Shown here: in pieces, positions 34,062-43,256 of the stretch
Layout of the letters: each line of letters begins with the position of its first letter
How positions within the stretch are numbered: the stretch's first letter is position 1
Assembly (NCBI GenBank): GCA_046046235.1
Contig: JBJOKF010000155.1
Coordinates: 3,947-67,946, forward strand
DNA: 64,000 nt
Origin: Planctomycetota bacterium
GTDB taxonomy: Bacteria; Planctomycetota; Planctomycetia; Pirellulales; UBA1268
Reading direction: 5' to 3'
Notes under the pieces: model-generated
Database searches by the model: none
What the model saw: only the letters and a program-made list of their open reading frames with translations
What the model was told of the DNA's origin: nothing
Program-made: the position numbers and the translations under genes

Positions 34062-36119
34062 TCAGATCGTGAACCGCGAGACTTCGTCCTTCAGGTCGCC
34101 GACGGCGGCCCTCAGGTCGTTCGTCGCGGTGTTGAAAGCGTCGAGGGACGACGCGGTCCGCGTCGCTCCCTCCGAGAGCCGGATCATCGCTTCGCGGATC
34201 TGGGCGGCTCCCTGCGACTGGGCCCGCATGCCCTCGGTCACCTGCCCGAAGCGGTCGTTGATCCCGTGGACCGCGGAGATGATCTCGCCGAGCTTCGTCG
34301 AGATGCCGGCGATCTCGCGGACGCTGGACTGCACCTGTCCGGCGAACTTGTCCATCTCCATGACGCCGCTGGCGACACTGTGCTGCATCTCCTTGACCAT
34401 CTGCTCGATATCGAGCGACGCCACCGCGGTCTGGTCGGCCAGCCGACGGATCTCTCGGGCCACGACCAGGAAGCCCGCGCCGTACTCGCCCGCCTTCTCC
34501 GCCTCGATGGCCGCGTTGATCGAAAGCAGGTTCGTCTGGTCGGCCACCTTGGTGATGGTGGTTACGGCCAGGTTGATGGTGGCCGCGTGCTCGCTGATCA
34601 GCCCGAGCTTCGCCCCGAACGACGAAGTGCTCTCCGCCAGCTGCCGCATCGTCGCATCCATGTTCGCCAGGCTCGACCGGCCGTCGGTGGCCATCAGGCC
34701 GGTATGGGCGGCCATGTCGTTGACCTCGGTCATCGTCCGCAGCAGTTCCTGGCTGGTGACGGAGATCTCCTTGACCGCCGCCACCGCCTCGCTCGTCGAG
34801 GCACCGTAATCCGCGATCACCTGCTGCTGCTCGTTCGACGTGGCCTGCATCGCCGTCGCGGTGGAGATCAACGCCACCGACGACTGCTGGATGCGGCCGA
34901 TCAGGCTGCGCAGGTTGTCCGTCATGGTCCGGATGGCGACCAGCAGCGAGCCGGTCTCGTCGTCGCCGGCCCGCTCGGCGCCCGAGGATTCGTAGGCCCG
35001 CAGGTCGCCGCCGGCGACGCGTCTCGCCACGTCCATGGCCGTCCGGATCGGTCGCAAAAAGCCGCGGGCCAGGGCCAGGGCCGCGAGCGTCACGCCGAGG
35101 AGCGTCGCCAGCGACAGGCCCAGGAGGACGTCGCGTTGCGTGCGCAGCGCAGCGTACGCCTCGCTGGCATCCTGCTTCACGCACAGTCCCCACCCGAGAC
35201 TCGGCAGGGGGCGCCATGCGGCCAGCACCGGTTGGCCACGGTAATCCACCGCCGGACCGTCACCCTGCTCGCCGCTGGCGGCCCGCTGTGTCCCGCTGCC
35301 GCGCGTGGTGCCGAGTGGCAGCCGGCGACGGAACGGTGCGTCGGGCTCGTGCCGCAACGGGGCCGTCACCAACACGGTCTCCCCCTGGAGTTCGCCGGTG
35401 ACGATCTCGCCGGTCGATCCCAGGCCGCGCAGGTCGGAGAGCGCGTCCCAGATGCGTTGCGGCGAAATGCCGATGGCCAGCCCGCCGGCGAACCGGCCCT
35501 CGTCGAGGATCGGGCAGCACGCGTAGGCGATCGGCTGACGCGCCGAGCCGGACATCTCGAACCGGCCGAGGGACGACGGCTCGAGAGCGCGTGCACGGTC
35601 GAAGCCGGCAGTCAGCGTCGTGGGGCCATGCGCGTTGTCGAGCATCGAGGCGCCGATGGGGATCGCCGGGTCGGCCGCGAAGACGACGCGGCCGACGGGG
35701 TCGATCACCAGGAGTTGCGCGAGGCCGAGGCGATCAGCCGCCTGCCGCAGAAATGCGGCGTAGGCGGCTGGCGACGGCGACTGTGCGGCCGGCTTGCCGC
35801 CGGCCTCGCCGGGGACCGCGGCGGCGGAGAGTTCGGGGATGGCCCGCGCCAGGCCCGGGTCGGCGGCGAGCACCCGTGCATCGACCAATTTCTCGGTCAC
35901 CCACGCGTCGATCTCGTCGGCCTTCGACGCGGCGATCTGCGACAGTCGCTCGCGCACCGACCGCTCGACCGCCGAACTGGCGATCCGCGCGCTCGTGGCG
36001 GTGAGCAGGGCACAGGGCACCAGGGCGATCGCCAGGAACCAAAAGAGCAGTCGTTTGGCGATCGACCTGCCGATCGTGTTCGCGGTCGGGAGCGTTTGCT
36101 CGGAGGCGGCGGTCTGCAT
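34062..36119 (-). CDS. Methyl-accepting chemotaxis protein with periplasmic Cache-like sensor, HAMP and MA domains (WspA-like)
   Basis: Two TM segments flank a ~300-aa periplasmic domain. The conserved signalling tip is [37 protein letters not shown]. Confidence 0.93.
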   Translation of the reverse strand: MQTAASEQTLPTANTIGRSIAKRLLFWFLAIALVPCALLTATSARIASSAVERSVRERLSQIAASKADEIDAWVTEKLVDARVLAADPGLARAIPELSAAAVPGEAGGKPAAQSPSPAAYAAFLRQAADRLGLAQLLVIDPVGRVVFAADPAIPIGASMLDNAHGPTTLTAGFDRARALEPSSLGRFEMSGSARQPIAYACCPILDEGRFAGGLAIGISPQRIWDALSDLRGLGSTGEIVTGELQGETVLVTAPLRHEPDAPFRRRLPLGTTRGSGTQRAASGEQGDGPAVDYRGQPVLAAWRPLPSLGWGLCVKQDASEAYAALRTQRDVLLGLSLATLLGVTLAALALARGFLRPIRTAMDVARRVAGGDLRAYESSGAERAGDDETGSLLVAIRTMTDNLRSLIGRIQQSSVALISTATAMQATSNEQQQVIADYGASTSEAVAAVKEISVTSQELLRTMTEVNDMAAHTGLMATDGRSSLANMDATMRQLAESTSSFGAKLGLISEHAATINLAVTTITKVADQTNLLSINAAIEAEKAGEYGAGFLVVAREIRRLADQTAVASLDIEQMVKEMQHSVASGVMEMDKFAGQVQSSVREIAGISTKLGEIISAVHGINDRFGQVTEGMRAQSQGAAQIREAMIRLSEGATRTASSLDAFNTATNDLRAAVGDLKDEVSRFTI

Positions 36120-36371
36120 GGCGGCGCCCAGGCGGGGCGGAAGAGCAAACGCGGCCCGCGGGTGTGCGAGCCGTCATCCTGCAATCTTTGCCCATCTTTC
36201 GCCCCGGGGCGATCCCCCGGCGATGAAAAAGTCGCCCGTGCGCGGCAGAATCGTTGCGACCGGCGTGATCCGCTGCCGGCCGCCGGCCTCCGGTCGGTGT
36301 GCAGGCCTCACCACGGCGAACCTGAAGACCCCCGGCGCGTTCGCAAGGGGACGCCCCGCGGATCCGCCGGT

Positions 36372-37220
36372 TCAGCCCGCCTTGACCCGGATCGGGGCAG
36401 GCTCTTCCTCGGGCACGCGGAGCCTGAGCGTGGCGGCGGGCGGGGCCCGCCGTTCCTGGGCGAATCCGCGCGTGCCGCTCGAAAGGAACTCGAGCAGATG
36501 GGTCGCCGGGCCGGCCGGACACTCGGCGCGAAGGGCGTCGAGCACGTCCTTCCACGGCAGGCCACGCCGGTAGATCACGCGGTATGCCGACTTGAGGGCC
36601 GCGACATCGTCGGCCGAGTGGCCGCTACGGCGCAGGCCGACCACGTTGAGCCCGACGACGCAGCCGCTCTGACCGTCGATCAGCATGAAGGGCGGGACGT
36701 CCTGAACCACGCGTGCGTGGCCGCCGACCATGGCGAGCCGGCCGATGCGGCAGAACTGGTGCACGGCCACCGCGCCCGAAACGAAGGCCCGGTCGCCCAC
36801 GGTGACGTGGCCGCCGAGCAGGGCGCCGTTGGCGAAGATGGCGTTGTTGCCGACGACGCAGTCGTGCCCGAAATGGACGCTGGCCATGACGTAGTTGCCG
36901 TCGCCCACGGTCGTCGCGATCTCCGGTTTGAGCGCCCGATGGATCGTGACGTACTCCCGAAAGACGTTGTTGTCGCCGATCACGACGCTGCCGATGTGCC
37001 GCGGGCGTCCTGCATGCTGCGGCGCGCCGCCGATCACCGAGTGCTCGCAGAACTCGTTGCCGCAGCCGGCCCTCACGCCCGACTTGATCACGGCGCCCGA
37101 GGCGACCACACAGTGGTCTCCGAGTTCGACGTCCGCCTCGACGGTGGCGAAGGCACCCACGCTCACGCCGGCGCCCAGGCGGGCGTCGGGACTGACATTG
37201 GCCAGCGGATGAATGCTCAC
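36372..37220 (-). CDS. lpxA: Acyl-ACP--UDP-N-acetylglucosamine O-acyltransferase
   Basis: Left-handed beta-helix hexapeptide repeats, IHPLANVSPDARLG at the start, and GGAPQH...IGDNNVFREYVTIHRA and HVAHDC-like FGHDCVVG. GTG 37220 was chosen as the start (the track ORF begins at 37268). Has a C-terminal extension. Confidence 0.88.
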   Translation of the reverse strand: MSIHPLANVSPDARLGAGVSVGAFATVEADVELGDHCVVASGAVIKSGVRAGCGNEFCEHSVIGGAPQHAGRPRHIGSVVIGDNNVFREYVTIHRALKPEIATTVGDGNYVMASVHFGHDCVVGNNAIFANGALLGGHVTVGDRAFVSGAVAVHQFCRIGRLAMVGGHARVVQDVPPFMLIDGQSGCVVGLNVVGLRRSGHSADDVAALKSAYRVIYRRGLPWKDVLDALRAECPAGPATHLLEFLSSGTRGFAQERRAPPAATLRLRVPEEEPAPIRVKAG

Positions 37221-37451
37221 GGATCTTTCCACGCCGGAGTGCGCGGCCGCCGATCGGCAGGCGGCCACAGTCGACGGAATCCGCCGACGGCGCAGGTTTA
37301 TCGGCTTGTGGCAATCGTTGATTCAATGGCAGTTTTGCGGTACCGGCAGGTCTGCGCCGGCTTCCCCGGCTCGCCAGACCCCGGAAAGCCGCTACACTGC
37401 GGCGATTCTCCCAATCCCCCCTGGCGCAAGACCCTTCTGGAAGTCCCGATC

Positions 37452-37769
37452 ATGACGTCTCGCGAAGACCGGTACGCCGCCGCCGAAAGCCTGAAAAATG
37501 CGGGCCAAATGGCCGAAGCCGTCGCGGCACTCGAGGCCTTGATCGCCGATGAGCCGGGGTTTGCGTTGGCCCACTCGGCATTGGCCGCATGGTGCACCCG
37601 GCTCGAGCGTCATGACGAGGCGATCCGGCATGCCCGCAAGGTCTGCGAACTCGAACCCAACGATCCTTTCAGCTTCACGGCGCTGAGCGTCGCCTGCATG
37701 CGGGGCGGCCGGATTCCCGAGGCGGAGGAGGCGCTGGCCCGTTCGCGGATGTTGCAGGGCGGGCACTGA
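37452..37769 (+). CDS. Small TPR-repeat protein (105 aa)
   Basis: The final 105 aa of a 1266-aa antisense-artefact ORF. ATG 37452. TPR-like pattern AEAVAALEALIADEPGFALAHSALAAWCTRLERHDEAIRHARKVCELEPNDP. Confidence 0.6.
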   Translation: MTSREDRYAAAESLKNAGQMAEAVAALEALIADEPGFALAHSALAAWCTRLERHDEAIRHARKVCELEPNDPFSFTALSVACMRGGRIPEAEEALARSRMLQGGH

Positions 37770-37801
37770 GTCGTCCCCGGCGTGGGGCGCGCCGCCGGCG
37801 G

Positions 37802-40800
37802 TCAACGCGCGACCGCGGCCTCCAGCGTCTGGAGCCGAGCCTGATCGCCGGCATCGAGCCGGCGCCGATCGAGGCCGATCCGCTTCGCCGTCTCGAGCGA
37901 CCGTCGGGCCGCTTCGAACCGCTTCTGCGCAGCCAGCGCGCAGGCGAGGTGGAGGTGCTTGGTCGCGCTCGGGACGAGCACCGCCTCCTCGAGATCCGCC
38001 ACCGCCTCGGCGCTCCTGCCCGCGGCCAGTCGCACCACGCCGCGCGTGTCGAGCACGTCTGGATGGGGGCCGATCTGGTCGATCGCCCGCTCCACGAGTC
38101 GCTCCGCTTCGGTGGCCGTTTCCGGCCGCGCCAGCAGAAACGCCAGATTGTTGGCGATGACCGCGGCCTGGGCCGGAGGCAGATCCTCGCGATCGAGAAG
38201 CCGCCGGTAGTGCCTCTCGGTAACCTCGTCGTCGCCGCCGAGCGCGACGAAGCCGGCTTCGAGGATGGCGACGTTCACCGAGTCCGGATCCTCGCGCCGC
38301 GCCTTGGCGAACAGCCGCTCCACGCGCTCACGCTGCTGCGGCGAGGCCGCCTCCGTCCGGAGCACCAGGACGGCGGCCTGCAGCAGTTTCTCCAGCGGCA
38401 GGCGCGACCATGACGCCTCCAGGAGGTCGATCGCCTCGTCGCCGCGCCCCGCCCGGCCCAGGTAGCCGGCCCGCGCCAGGATGCCATCGGGCGACGCGGC
38501 TGCGAGCTGGGAATAGGTGCGGTCGGCCACCTGCTCGAAACCCAACTCCTCCGCCAGCGGAGCGAGCGGCCCGGCGAGCCCCTCGGAAATGGCCTGCGCG
38601 TCGCCCGACGCGGGCAGCAGGCGGCGGACCGCCGCGACGGCACCGCTACGGTCCTTCTCCGCCAAGGCGAGCCGCGCCTGGAGCAGGGGGACGATCGGTG
38701 CCTCGGGCGCGCGGTCCGCGAGGTTCTTCAGCCAGACTCCGGCCATGTCGAGCTCCCCGTGCCGCAGGAGCTTCTCCACGAACAGCGCGATGGTGGCGGG
38801 CGTTGCGTCGCCGGCGGAGGCGAGTGCGGCGAACTCGATGCGGCTTTCGTCCCACTGCCCGAGCCGCTCGTGGAGATCCGCCCGCGTGAGTCGTTGGGCG
38901 ACCGTCAGGGGCTGCCGCTTCGCCAACTGCTCGAGGAGCGCGACCGCCTGCCGCCATGACTCCGGCTCCGGCCGCGGCGCGAGCAGGCCGATCGCGAGCG
39001 TCAGATCCTCGGCCGCGGCGACGCCACCAGCCGTGACGTTAGCCCGCAGGAGTGCCAGCGCTTGCTCGACATCGCGATAGCCGCCCCCGCGGCCGAGCAG
39101 CTCCGCGAGCGCCCGTCGCGCCCAGGCCTGCGCGGCAGGGTCGGCCGCCGTGTCGAGGACGGCCTGCAGCCGTTGTCGCGCCTCCTGCAGCCGGCCGCGA
39201 CGGATGAGAAATGCCGCCAGGCTGCGATTGACGGCGGGATCGTCCGGCGCGGCGGCGGCGGCCGCCTGAAGCCGATTCTCCGCCGCGGCGATCCGGCCGA
39301 GCATCTCGTCGCCCTGCGCCACCAGGAGGCTGCCCTCGGGCGGCGGGAACCGGCGGGAGAGCGCCTGCAGCGTCCCCTCGGCCGCCTGTCTCTGTCCCGT
39401 GGAAATCTGGTGCGACAGCAGCGTCATCCATGCCGCGCGGTTGTCCGGCTCCTTGGCCACCGCCTGCTCGAGGACCGCGCCGGCCCGTTCGACCTTGCCG
39501 GCCCGGGCGAGGATCTGGCCGAACCAGAGCAGATCTCCCGCCGATTGCTCCCGCCGGGCGGCCAGGCCCCGTTCCGCGGAGGCGACGGCCTGATCGAACT
39601 GGCCGGTCCTGAGCTCGACTTCGGCCGACAGGCGATCCATGCCCACGAGACCTTCGGAGCCCACCGACGCCAAGGCTTCCTGCGCCTCCTGGAAACGATT
39701 CGCCAGGTACAGCAGCGATACCAGTCGTCGCACGGTATTCGGCTGCGGCGGCCCGAGCGCGATGGCCTGCTTGAGCCGGTCGATGGCCGTGGGGATGTCG
39801 CCCCGGAGGCCGGCCACCTCGGCGAAGAGTTGTTGCGTCTGCGGCCAGCCGGGGCGGTCGTTCTCCGCCTCGATCAGCAGGTTCTTCGCCGCGGTGAGCC
39901 GCTCCTTGTCCTCGTCCGAGAGCCCCGCCACCGGGCCTGAATCCGGCGCTGCGGCCTTGTCGGCCTGATGGCCTCGGACCCGCAGGATCAGCGTCGCCGC
40001 GGCCGCCACGCGCCCCTGTGGACTGGTCGGGCCGGCGAGGCGGGCGATCTCGGCGGCGAGCTCGTCGGCCCCCGCGAGGTCGCCGGTCTCGCAGGCCAAG
40101 TCGAAACGGGCCGTCGTCAGGACCAGGCTGTCGGGGCTCTTTTCGGCGGCCATCCGCAGGAGCCGGCTGGCGGAGGAGGCGTCCCCCAGCGCCTTATGGA
40201 TCGAGGCGAGCGTGGCCAGCAACCGTGAGCTGCGTTCGGCTGGCAGGGCGAGCGAGCGTTCCTCGAGCTCGCCCAAGATCCGCGCACCCTCGGCCGGAGA
40301 AAGCTGCGCCGCGATCTGGGCCCGGATCGCCAGCAGTTGGGGGTCGTCCCCGACGTCCGTGGGCGCGGCATCGAGCACCGCGGCCGCCGCCTCGGGGCCC
40401 TGATGACGCAGCGTCAGCGACGCGAGGGCCGCCCGGGGCTGAATGGCGGTCGGCTCCCGCGCGACCTGGTCGTGAAGGAGCTGGGTGGCTCCGGCAGCGT
40501 CCCCCTGGCGCACGAGCAGATCCGCCCGCAGGATCGCCGACTGGCCGGCGGGCACTTGGCCGCTGGCCGCGAGTCCGTCGAGCAGGGCCTCGACCGGGGA
40601 CCAGTCACGGTCCGCAGCCGGCCGCCGCATCTGCTCGGCCACCCGTAGCTGGAGCAACGGTCCCCAGATCTGGGGCGCCCCCGGCAGACGCTCGGCGGGC
40701 ACGGCCGCGGCCACGGCCTCGAACTCGGCGAGGGCCTCCGTCGTTTTGCCAGACGCGGCCAAAGCGGTCGCCATGCCGACACGGGCCGCGATGGAACCAT

Positions 40801-42160
40801 CGTCCTCGTCGAGCACGCGGCGATTGGCCGAGAGCTGCTCGTCGAACTCCCCGAGCTGCTCATGGCATTGCCCGAGCAGCAGGTCGATCTGCTTCGTCAT
40901 GGCGGCGCTCGACGCGCACAGCGGCCTCACTTCGTCGAGCTTTTGCCTGGCCGCCAGCCACCGCTTCCGGGCGATCAACAGTCGGGCCTCGATGAGCCCG
41001 ATGGTCGGATTCTTGCCACTCTCCGGCGCGAGGGCGCCGAGCGCCTCGGCGGCCTCGGCGAGTTGCCCCGCCTGCAGCCGGACATCAGCGAGAAAGAGGA
41101 GCAGTCGCGGATTGCCGGGGTTCTCGGCCAACGCCTCCTCGAGCACGGCCGCGGCCGTCGCGCAATCGCGGTCTTGCAATGCGATGGCCGCGAGCCCCCG
41201 GTAGCCGCGGTCATCGTGCGGAAAGGAGGCGCGGGCCTTGTCTGCCAGCTTTCTCGCCACGTCGAGTCGCCCCTCGTCGATGGCGATCTGAAGATTGGTG
41301 AACAGCACCTCGCCCGCGTCGGGGGCGAGTCGAGCGGCGACCTGCGCGCTCTCCGCGGCGGTCGGAAGATCGCCGTGCGTCCGCTGCCAGTCGGCGAGGA
41401 TGACCCAGCCCCGGTAGTCGTCGGGGCGGGTGGCCGTGAGATGTTCGAGCACCCGCTCCGCCGCGGCCTCGTCGTCGAGCTTCTCGTCGAGGAGCGTGGC
41501 CAGGATGCCCGTCGCTTCGACGAAGCGCGTGTCGGAATCGGGCGGCGGGATGTCGCGAAACGACTTGTTCGTGAGGTCGAAGCCGATGACGGCGGCCGCG
41601 GCCACGGCCGCCTCTTTGTACTTGCCCAAGCCTGTCAGCGCACGGGCACGCATCGTGCCAATGGTCGCCGCATCGGGCCCCGTGTCGGCGGTGGTGGGGT
41701 CGGCGATCGTCGGGGCCGTGGTGGCAAGCTTGTCCTCGATGACCGTCAACTCGGCGGCGGCATCACCGTACCGGCCGAACCGCAGCATCCATTCCGCCAG
41801 CCTCGTGCGGAGAGGCACGTCGTCCGGGTTTTGGCGGACCGCCGTTTCGAGCACGTTGTAGGCGTAGCGGCGCTCGCCATCCTTGGCGCCGGGCCGTTCG
41901 GCCCGGTCGACCACCAGCCGGGCGAACTCGGCGTGGGTGGGGCCGTCGTCGGGGCGATAGGAAAGGTAACGTGCAAAGAGCCCGAGCGCGTCGTCCGTCT
42001 GCCCCTTCTCGAGCTTTTCCCGGGCCAGGCTCGCCAGCCCACCGGCGTTGCGGTTCACCTGAAAACGGTGCAGGGCGAAGACTACGCCGGAAACGACGAC
42101 GATCGCTCCCAGCAGCCCCATGAGCAGCCCGACGCGAAGCCGTTTACGGGGACGTGTCAC
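37802..42160 (-). CDS. Giant membrane-anchored TPR-repeat protein (~1450 aa)
   Basis: N-terminal RPRKRLRVGLLMGLLGAIVVVSGVVFAL anchor followed by >1300 aa of TPR-like Ala/Leu-rich repeats. The start is uncertain (GTG 42160 or ATG 42121); the track ORF's first ~80 aa look non-coding. Confidence 0.8.
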   Translation of the reverse strand: MTRPRKRLRVGLLMGLLGAIVVVSGVVFALHRFQVNRNAGGLASLAREKLEKGQTDDALGLFARYLSYRPDDGPTHAEFARLVVDRAERPGAKDGERRYAYNVLETAVRQNPDDVPLRTRLAEWMLRFGRYGDAAAELTVIEDKLATTAPTIADPTTADTGPDAATIGTMRARALTGLGKYKEAAVAAAAVIGFDLTNKSFRDIPPPDSDTRFVEATGILATLLDEKLDDEAAAERVLEHLTATRPDDYRGWVILADWQRTHGDLPTAAESAQVAARLAPDAGEVLFTNLQIAIDEGRLDVARKLADKARASFPHDDRGYRGLAAIALQDRDCATAAAVLEEALAENPGNPRLLLFLADVRLQAGQLAEAAEALGALAPESGKNPTIGLIEARLLIARKRWLAARQKLDEVRPLCASSAAMTKQIDLLLGQCHEQLGEFDEQLSANRRVLDEDDGSIAARVGMATALAASGKTTEALAEFEAVAAAVPAERLPGAPQIWGPLLQLRVAEQMRRPAADRDWSPVEALLDGLAASGQVPAGQSAILRADLLVRQGDAAGATQLLHDQVAREPTAIQPRAALASLTLRHQGPEAAAAVLDAAPTDVGDDPQLLAIRAQIAAQLSPAEGARILGELEERSLALPAERSSRLLATLASIHKALGDASSASRLLRMAAEKSPDSLVLTTARFDLACETGDLAGADELAAEIARLAGPTSPQGRVAAAATLILRVRGHQADKAAAPDSGPVAGLSDEDKERLTAAKNLLIEAENDRPGWPQTQQLFAEVAGLRGDIPTAIDRLKQAIALGPPQPNTVRRLVSLLYLANRFQEAQEALASVGSEGLVGMDRLSAEVELRTGQFDQAVASAERGLAARREQSAGDLLWFGQILARAGKVERAGAVLEQAVAKEPDNRAAWMTLLSHQISTGQRQAAEGTLQALSRRFPPPEGSLLVAQGDEMLGRIAAAENRLQAAAAAAPDDPAVNRSLAAFLIRRGRLQEARQRLQAVLDTAADPAAQAWARRALAELLGRGGGYRDVEQALALLRANVTAGGVAAAEDLTLAIGLLAPRPEPESWRQAVALLEQLAKRQPLTVAQRLTRADLHERLGQWDESRIEFAALASAGDATPATIALFVEKLLRHGELDMAGVWLKNLADRAPEAPIVPLLQARLALAEKDRSGAVAAVRRLLPASGDAQAISEGLAGPLAPLAEELGFEQVADRTYSQLAAASPDGILARAGYLGRAGRGDEAIDLLEASWSRLPLEKLLQAAVLVLRTEAASPQQRERVERLFAKARREDPDSVNVAILEAGFVALGGDDEVTERHYRRLLDREDLPPAQAAVIANNLAFLLARPETATEAERLVERAIDQIGPHPDVLDTRGVVRLAAGRSAEAVADLEEAVLVPSATKHLHLACALAAQKRFEAARRSLETAKRIGLDRRRLDAGDQARLQTLEAAVAR

Positions 42161-42476
42161 TGAAGGAGCGTTCAGGAAGGCGGCGGAGAGCGGATGGGGA
42201 GGCTTGTCCAGCCGCCCTCGCCCACTCAGTTTATCACCACGCGGCGCCGGGAGCGTCGAACCTGCAGGCCGGCCAAAGATTGCCGGGCGTGTGGGTCGAT
42301 GAACACGATCGTGGTGACTTTGCCGGCTGGGGCGACCCTGCCGGAGGCCGCGATGCCGGCGCCGGTGGTGCGGCGGGCCGTGCAGGCCGTTTGATCGAAT
42401 CATCAGTGTGAGACATCCGGATCAGAGGATCTGGTCACCACCGATCATCAGGACACGAGCGATCGAGGCACGGGCG

Positions 42477-43130
42477 ATGTCGGAAAGCACGGTCGTCAAC
42501 ACGCACGTTCGCCGCTGTCCGCGGCCGGGAGCGCTGGTCCGCTCAGCCTGCTCGGCAGCTTTCGCAGTCTGGGCCGGTATGGCCGCCGCCGCCGAACCGG
42601 CGGTGCTGCGTCCGGCGGCCGGTCGCCCCTTGCCGACCGGTCGCCCCGCGGCCAAGGTCGATCCCGCCGTGACGCCCGCCGGTGGTGACCGGTCGCTCCA
42701 GTGCGGTCAGTGTGGCAGGGGAGCGTGCCCGCACTGCCGCCTGCCCGGAGGCCACCCCCAGCAGCACTCCCGCTGCCAGCATGGCATGTGTCCGGCGCAC
42801 TGCCCGGTGCGGCCCGACGTATTCGGCTTTTACGGGACACAGTGGCGGCGGTGGCCTGGCGCCGGGGTGGTGCCGGCCTCCGCGACCGATGCCGCCGCTC
42901 CCGCCCGCCCGGCGCGGTCGCAGGTGCCGTCGGCCGCCGAGGAGTCGCTTCCGCAAGCCGATACCGCGACCGATCCGGCCGCCGCGCCCGCCATGGACCC
43001 GCCGCAGGACGACGCCGAGCCACCCGCGCAAGGCGCGACGGACGATGCGGCCGCGCGCGAAGCCGCGCCGCTGAACAGCACGGCGTGGCGGTCCTTCACG
43101 GCCGCCGCCCGACAGTCCGACGGGCCTTAG
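42477..43130 (+). CDS. Hypothetical secreted Cys/His-rich protein
   Basis: Signal-like N-terminus (ACSAAFAVWAGMAAAAEP), the cluster CGQCGRGACPHC...CQHGMCPAHCP, the motif FGFYGTQWRRWPG, and a low-complexity acidic/Pro tail. ATG 42477 lies within the track ORF. Confidence 0.6.
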   Translation: MSESTVVNTHVRRCPRPGALVRSACSAAFAVWAGMAAAAEPAVLRPAAGRPLPTGRPAAKVDPAVTPAGGDRSLQCGQCGRGACPHCRLPGGHPQQHSRCQHGMCPAHCPVRPDVFGFYGTQWRRWPGAGVVPASATDAAAPARPARSQVPSAAEESLPQADTATDPAAAPAMDPPQDDAEPPAQGATDDAAAREAAPLNSTAWRSFTAAARQSDGP

Positions 43131-43149
43131 CCACCCGAGACAAGGGGCA

Positions 43150-43231
43150 TGCGAGAGGCGGGAGTCGAACCCGCACGCCTTGCGGCACTGGAACCTAAAT
43201 CCAGCGCGTCTGCCAGTTTCGCCACTCTCGC
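43150..43231 (-). tRNA. tRNA-Leu (anticodon UAG), 82 nt, long variable arm, no encoded CCA
   Basis: Reverse complement folds as GCGAGAG-TG-GCGAAACTGGCAGACGC-G-CTGGA-TTTAGGT-TCCAG-variable arm TGCCGCAAGGCGT-GCGGG-TTCGACT-CCCGC-CTCTCGC-A. Cloverleaf checked by hand. Confidence 0.93.
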
Positions 43232-43256
43232 GCCGCCGAGTCCCACTCGGCCGTCT

